A stretch of DNA of 63,847 nucleotides, filler included, from Hausera hauseri (Eukaryota), in the NCBI GenBank assembly GCA_046269625.1. It is 12 parts of 12 records of this genome, joined end to end, with 100 filler letters (N's around TTAATTAATTAA, not from the genome) between each part and the next. Parts side by side here need not be neighbours in the genome. Positions count along the whole stretch, not along the records: positions 60,017 to 63,847 come from JBJURY010832636.1; 11 more parts are not named here. The stretch is one strand, 5' to 3'. Made by a program: the position numbers and the translations under genes. How positions within the stretch are numbered: position 1 is the first letter of the stretch; the number at the start of each line of letters is the position of its first letter. This document shows, one piece after another, positions 63,001 to 63,847 of the stretch. The notes under the pieces are model-generated. The model made no database searches. It had not been told where the DNA came from and worked only from the letters and a program-made list of their open reading frames with translations.

Positions 63001-63847
63001 CGTTTGTGCGTTCGTTCCTTCGTTCGTACTTTTGTTCGTTCGTTCGTTCACTCCTTCGTTCGTTCTTTCGTTCTTTCGTTCCTTCGTTCCTTCGTTCCTT
63101 CGTTCTTTCGTTTGTTCGTTAGTTCGTTCGTTCCTTTGTTCTTTCGTTCGTTCGTTCGTTCACTCCTTCGTTCGTTTTTTCGTTTGTTCATTCGTTCATT
63201 CGTTCGTTTGTTTATTCCTTCGTTNNNNNNNNNNNNNNNNNNNNNNNNNNNNNNNNNNNNNNNNNNNNNNNNNNNNNNNNNNNNNNNNNNNNNNNNNNNN
63301 NNNNNNNNNNNNNNNNNNNNNNNNNNNNNNNNNNNNNNNNNNNNNNNNNNNNNNNNCGTTCGTTTGTTTGTTCATTCCTTCCTTCGTTCATTCTTTTGTA
63401 CGTTCGTTCTTTTGTTCATTTGTTCATTCGATCCTTCGTTCGTTCGTTCGTTCGTCCGTTCGTTCGTTCCTTCGTTCTTTTATTCGTTCATTCATTCGTT
63501 CGTTCTTTCGTTCCTTCTTTCGTTCTTCCGGTCCTTCTTTCGTTCACTCGTTCGTTCGTTCGTTCTTTCGTTCGTTCGTTCGTTCACTCCTTCGTTCGTT
63601 CTTTCGTTTGTTCATTCTTTCGTTCGTTCGTTCGTTCGTTTCTTCGTTCGTTCGTTTATTCTTTCGTTCGTTTGTTTGTTCATTCCTTCCTTCGTTCATT
63701 CTTTTGTTCGTTCGTTCGTTCGTTTTTCGTTCGTTCTTTCTTTCTTTCGTTCGTTCGTTTGTTCGTTCGTTCGTTCGTTTGTTCCATCGTTCTTTCGGTC
63801 GATCCTTCATTCGATCGTTTGTTCCTTCGTTCCTTCGTTCGTTCGTT
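60017..63847 (+). repeat. Degenerate (TTCG)n tetranucleotide satellite
   Basis: About 3.8 kb of TTCG with TTTG/TTCT/TTCC/TTCA variants and two gaps; source of the RSFV/ERTN ORFs. Confidence 0.98.

Noticed and set aside
59969-63810. RSFV and ERTN repeat ORFs
   Set aside because: Translations of the TTCG satellite
1-63847. Prokaryotic systems, rRNA or tRNA genes, alternative genetic code
   Set aside because: No operons, CRISPR arrays or structured RNA genes were recognised; in-frame stops are of all three types and come with frameshifts, indicating decay rather than recoding

Overview
This is not one locus. It is 12 unrelated eukaryotic contigs joined by artificial 100-nt N44-TTAATTAATTAA-N44 linkers, and most of it is decayed mobile DNA. 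(1) 1-5420: Ty3/Gypsy pol (PR-RT-RH-IN) with a chuvirus-type glycoprotein immediately upstream, in the protease reading frame. (2) 5521-13575: teleost-like DNA with a GAA-rich tract, two EIF2B5 retrocopy fragments, a Gypsy LTR and a PLCXD1-like exon. (3) 13676-17691: unassigned. (4) 17792-22691: Gypsy RT-RH-IN, an orphan env-like ORF3, a PPT and a 3' LTR. (5) 22792-26984: piggyBac, Tc1 and maT/DD37D-like relics. (6) 27085-31129: Gypsy RH-IN and a prominin-like fragment. (7) 31230-37375: gag relic, MATH domain, CARS fragment and Gypsy gag-PR-RT. (8) 37476-46460: NeSL/R2-group non-LTR element with three Ulp1 protease domains and unrecognised N-terminal repeats. (9) 46561-51240: Polinton/adintovirus pPolB relic. 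(10) 51341-55444: LTR end, gag and about 2.8 kb of unknown coding sequence with no protease. (11) 55545-59916: Polinton integrase tail beside a compact cassette of RING/Zn-finger exons that all begin at phase-1 splice acceptors. (12) 60017-63847: degenerate (TTCG)n. The best candidates for something new are a Gypsy element with a Gag-X-Env-Pol polyprotein layout, the phase-1 RING exon battery, and the triple-Ulp1 non-LTR element. All family calls come from motif recognition by eye; no searches were run.
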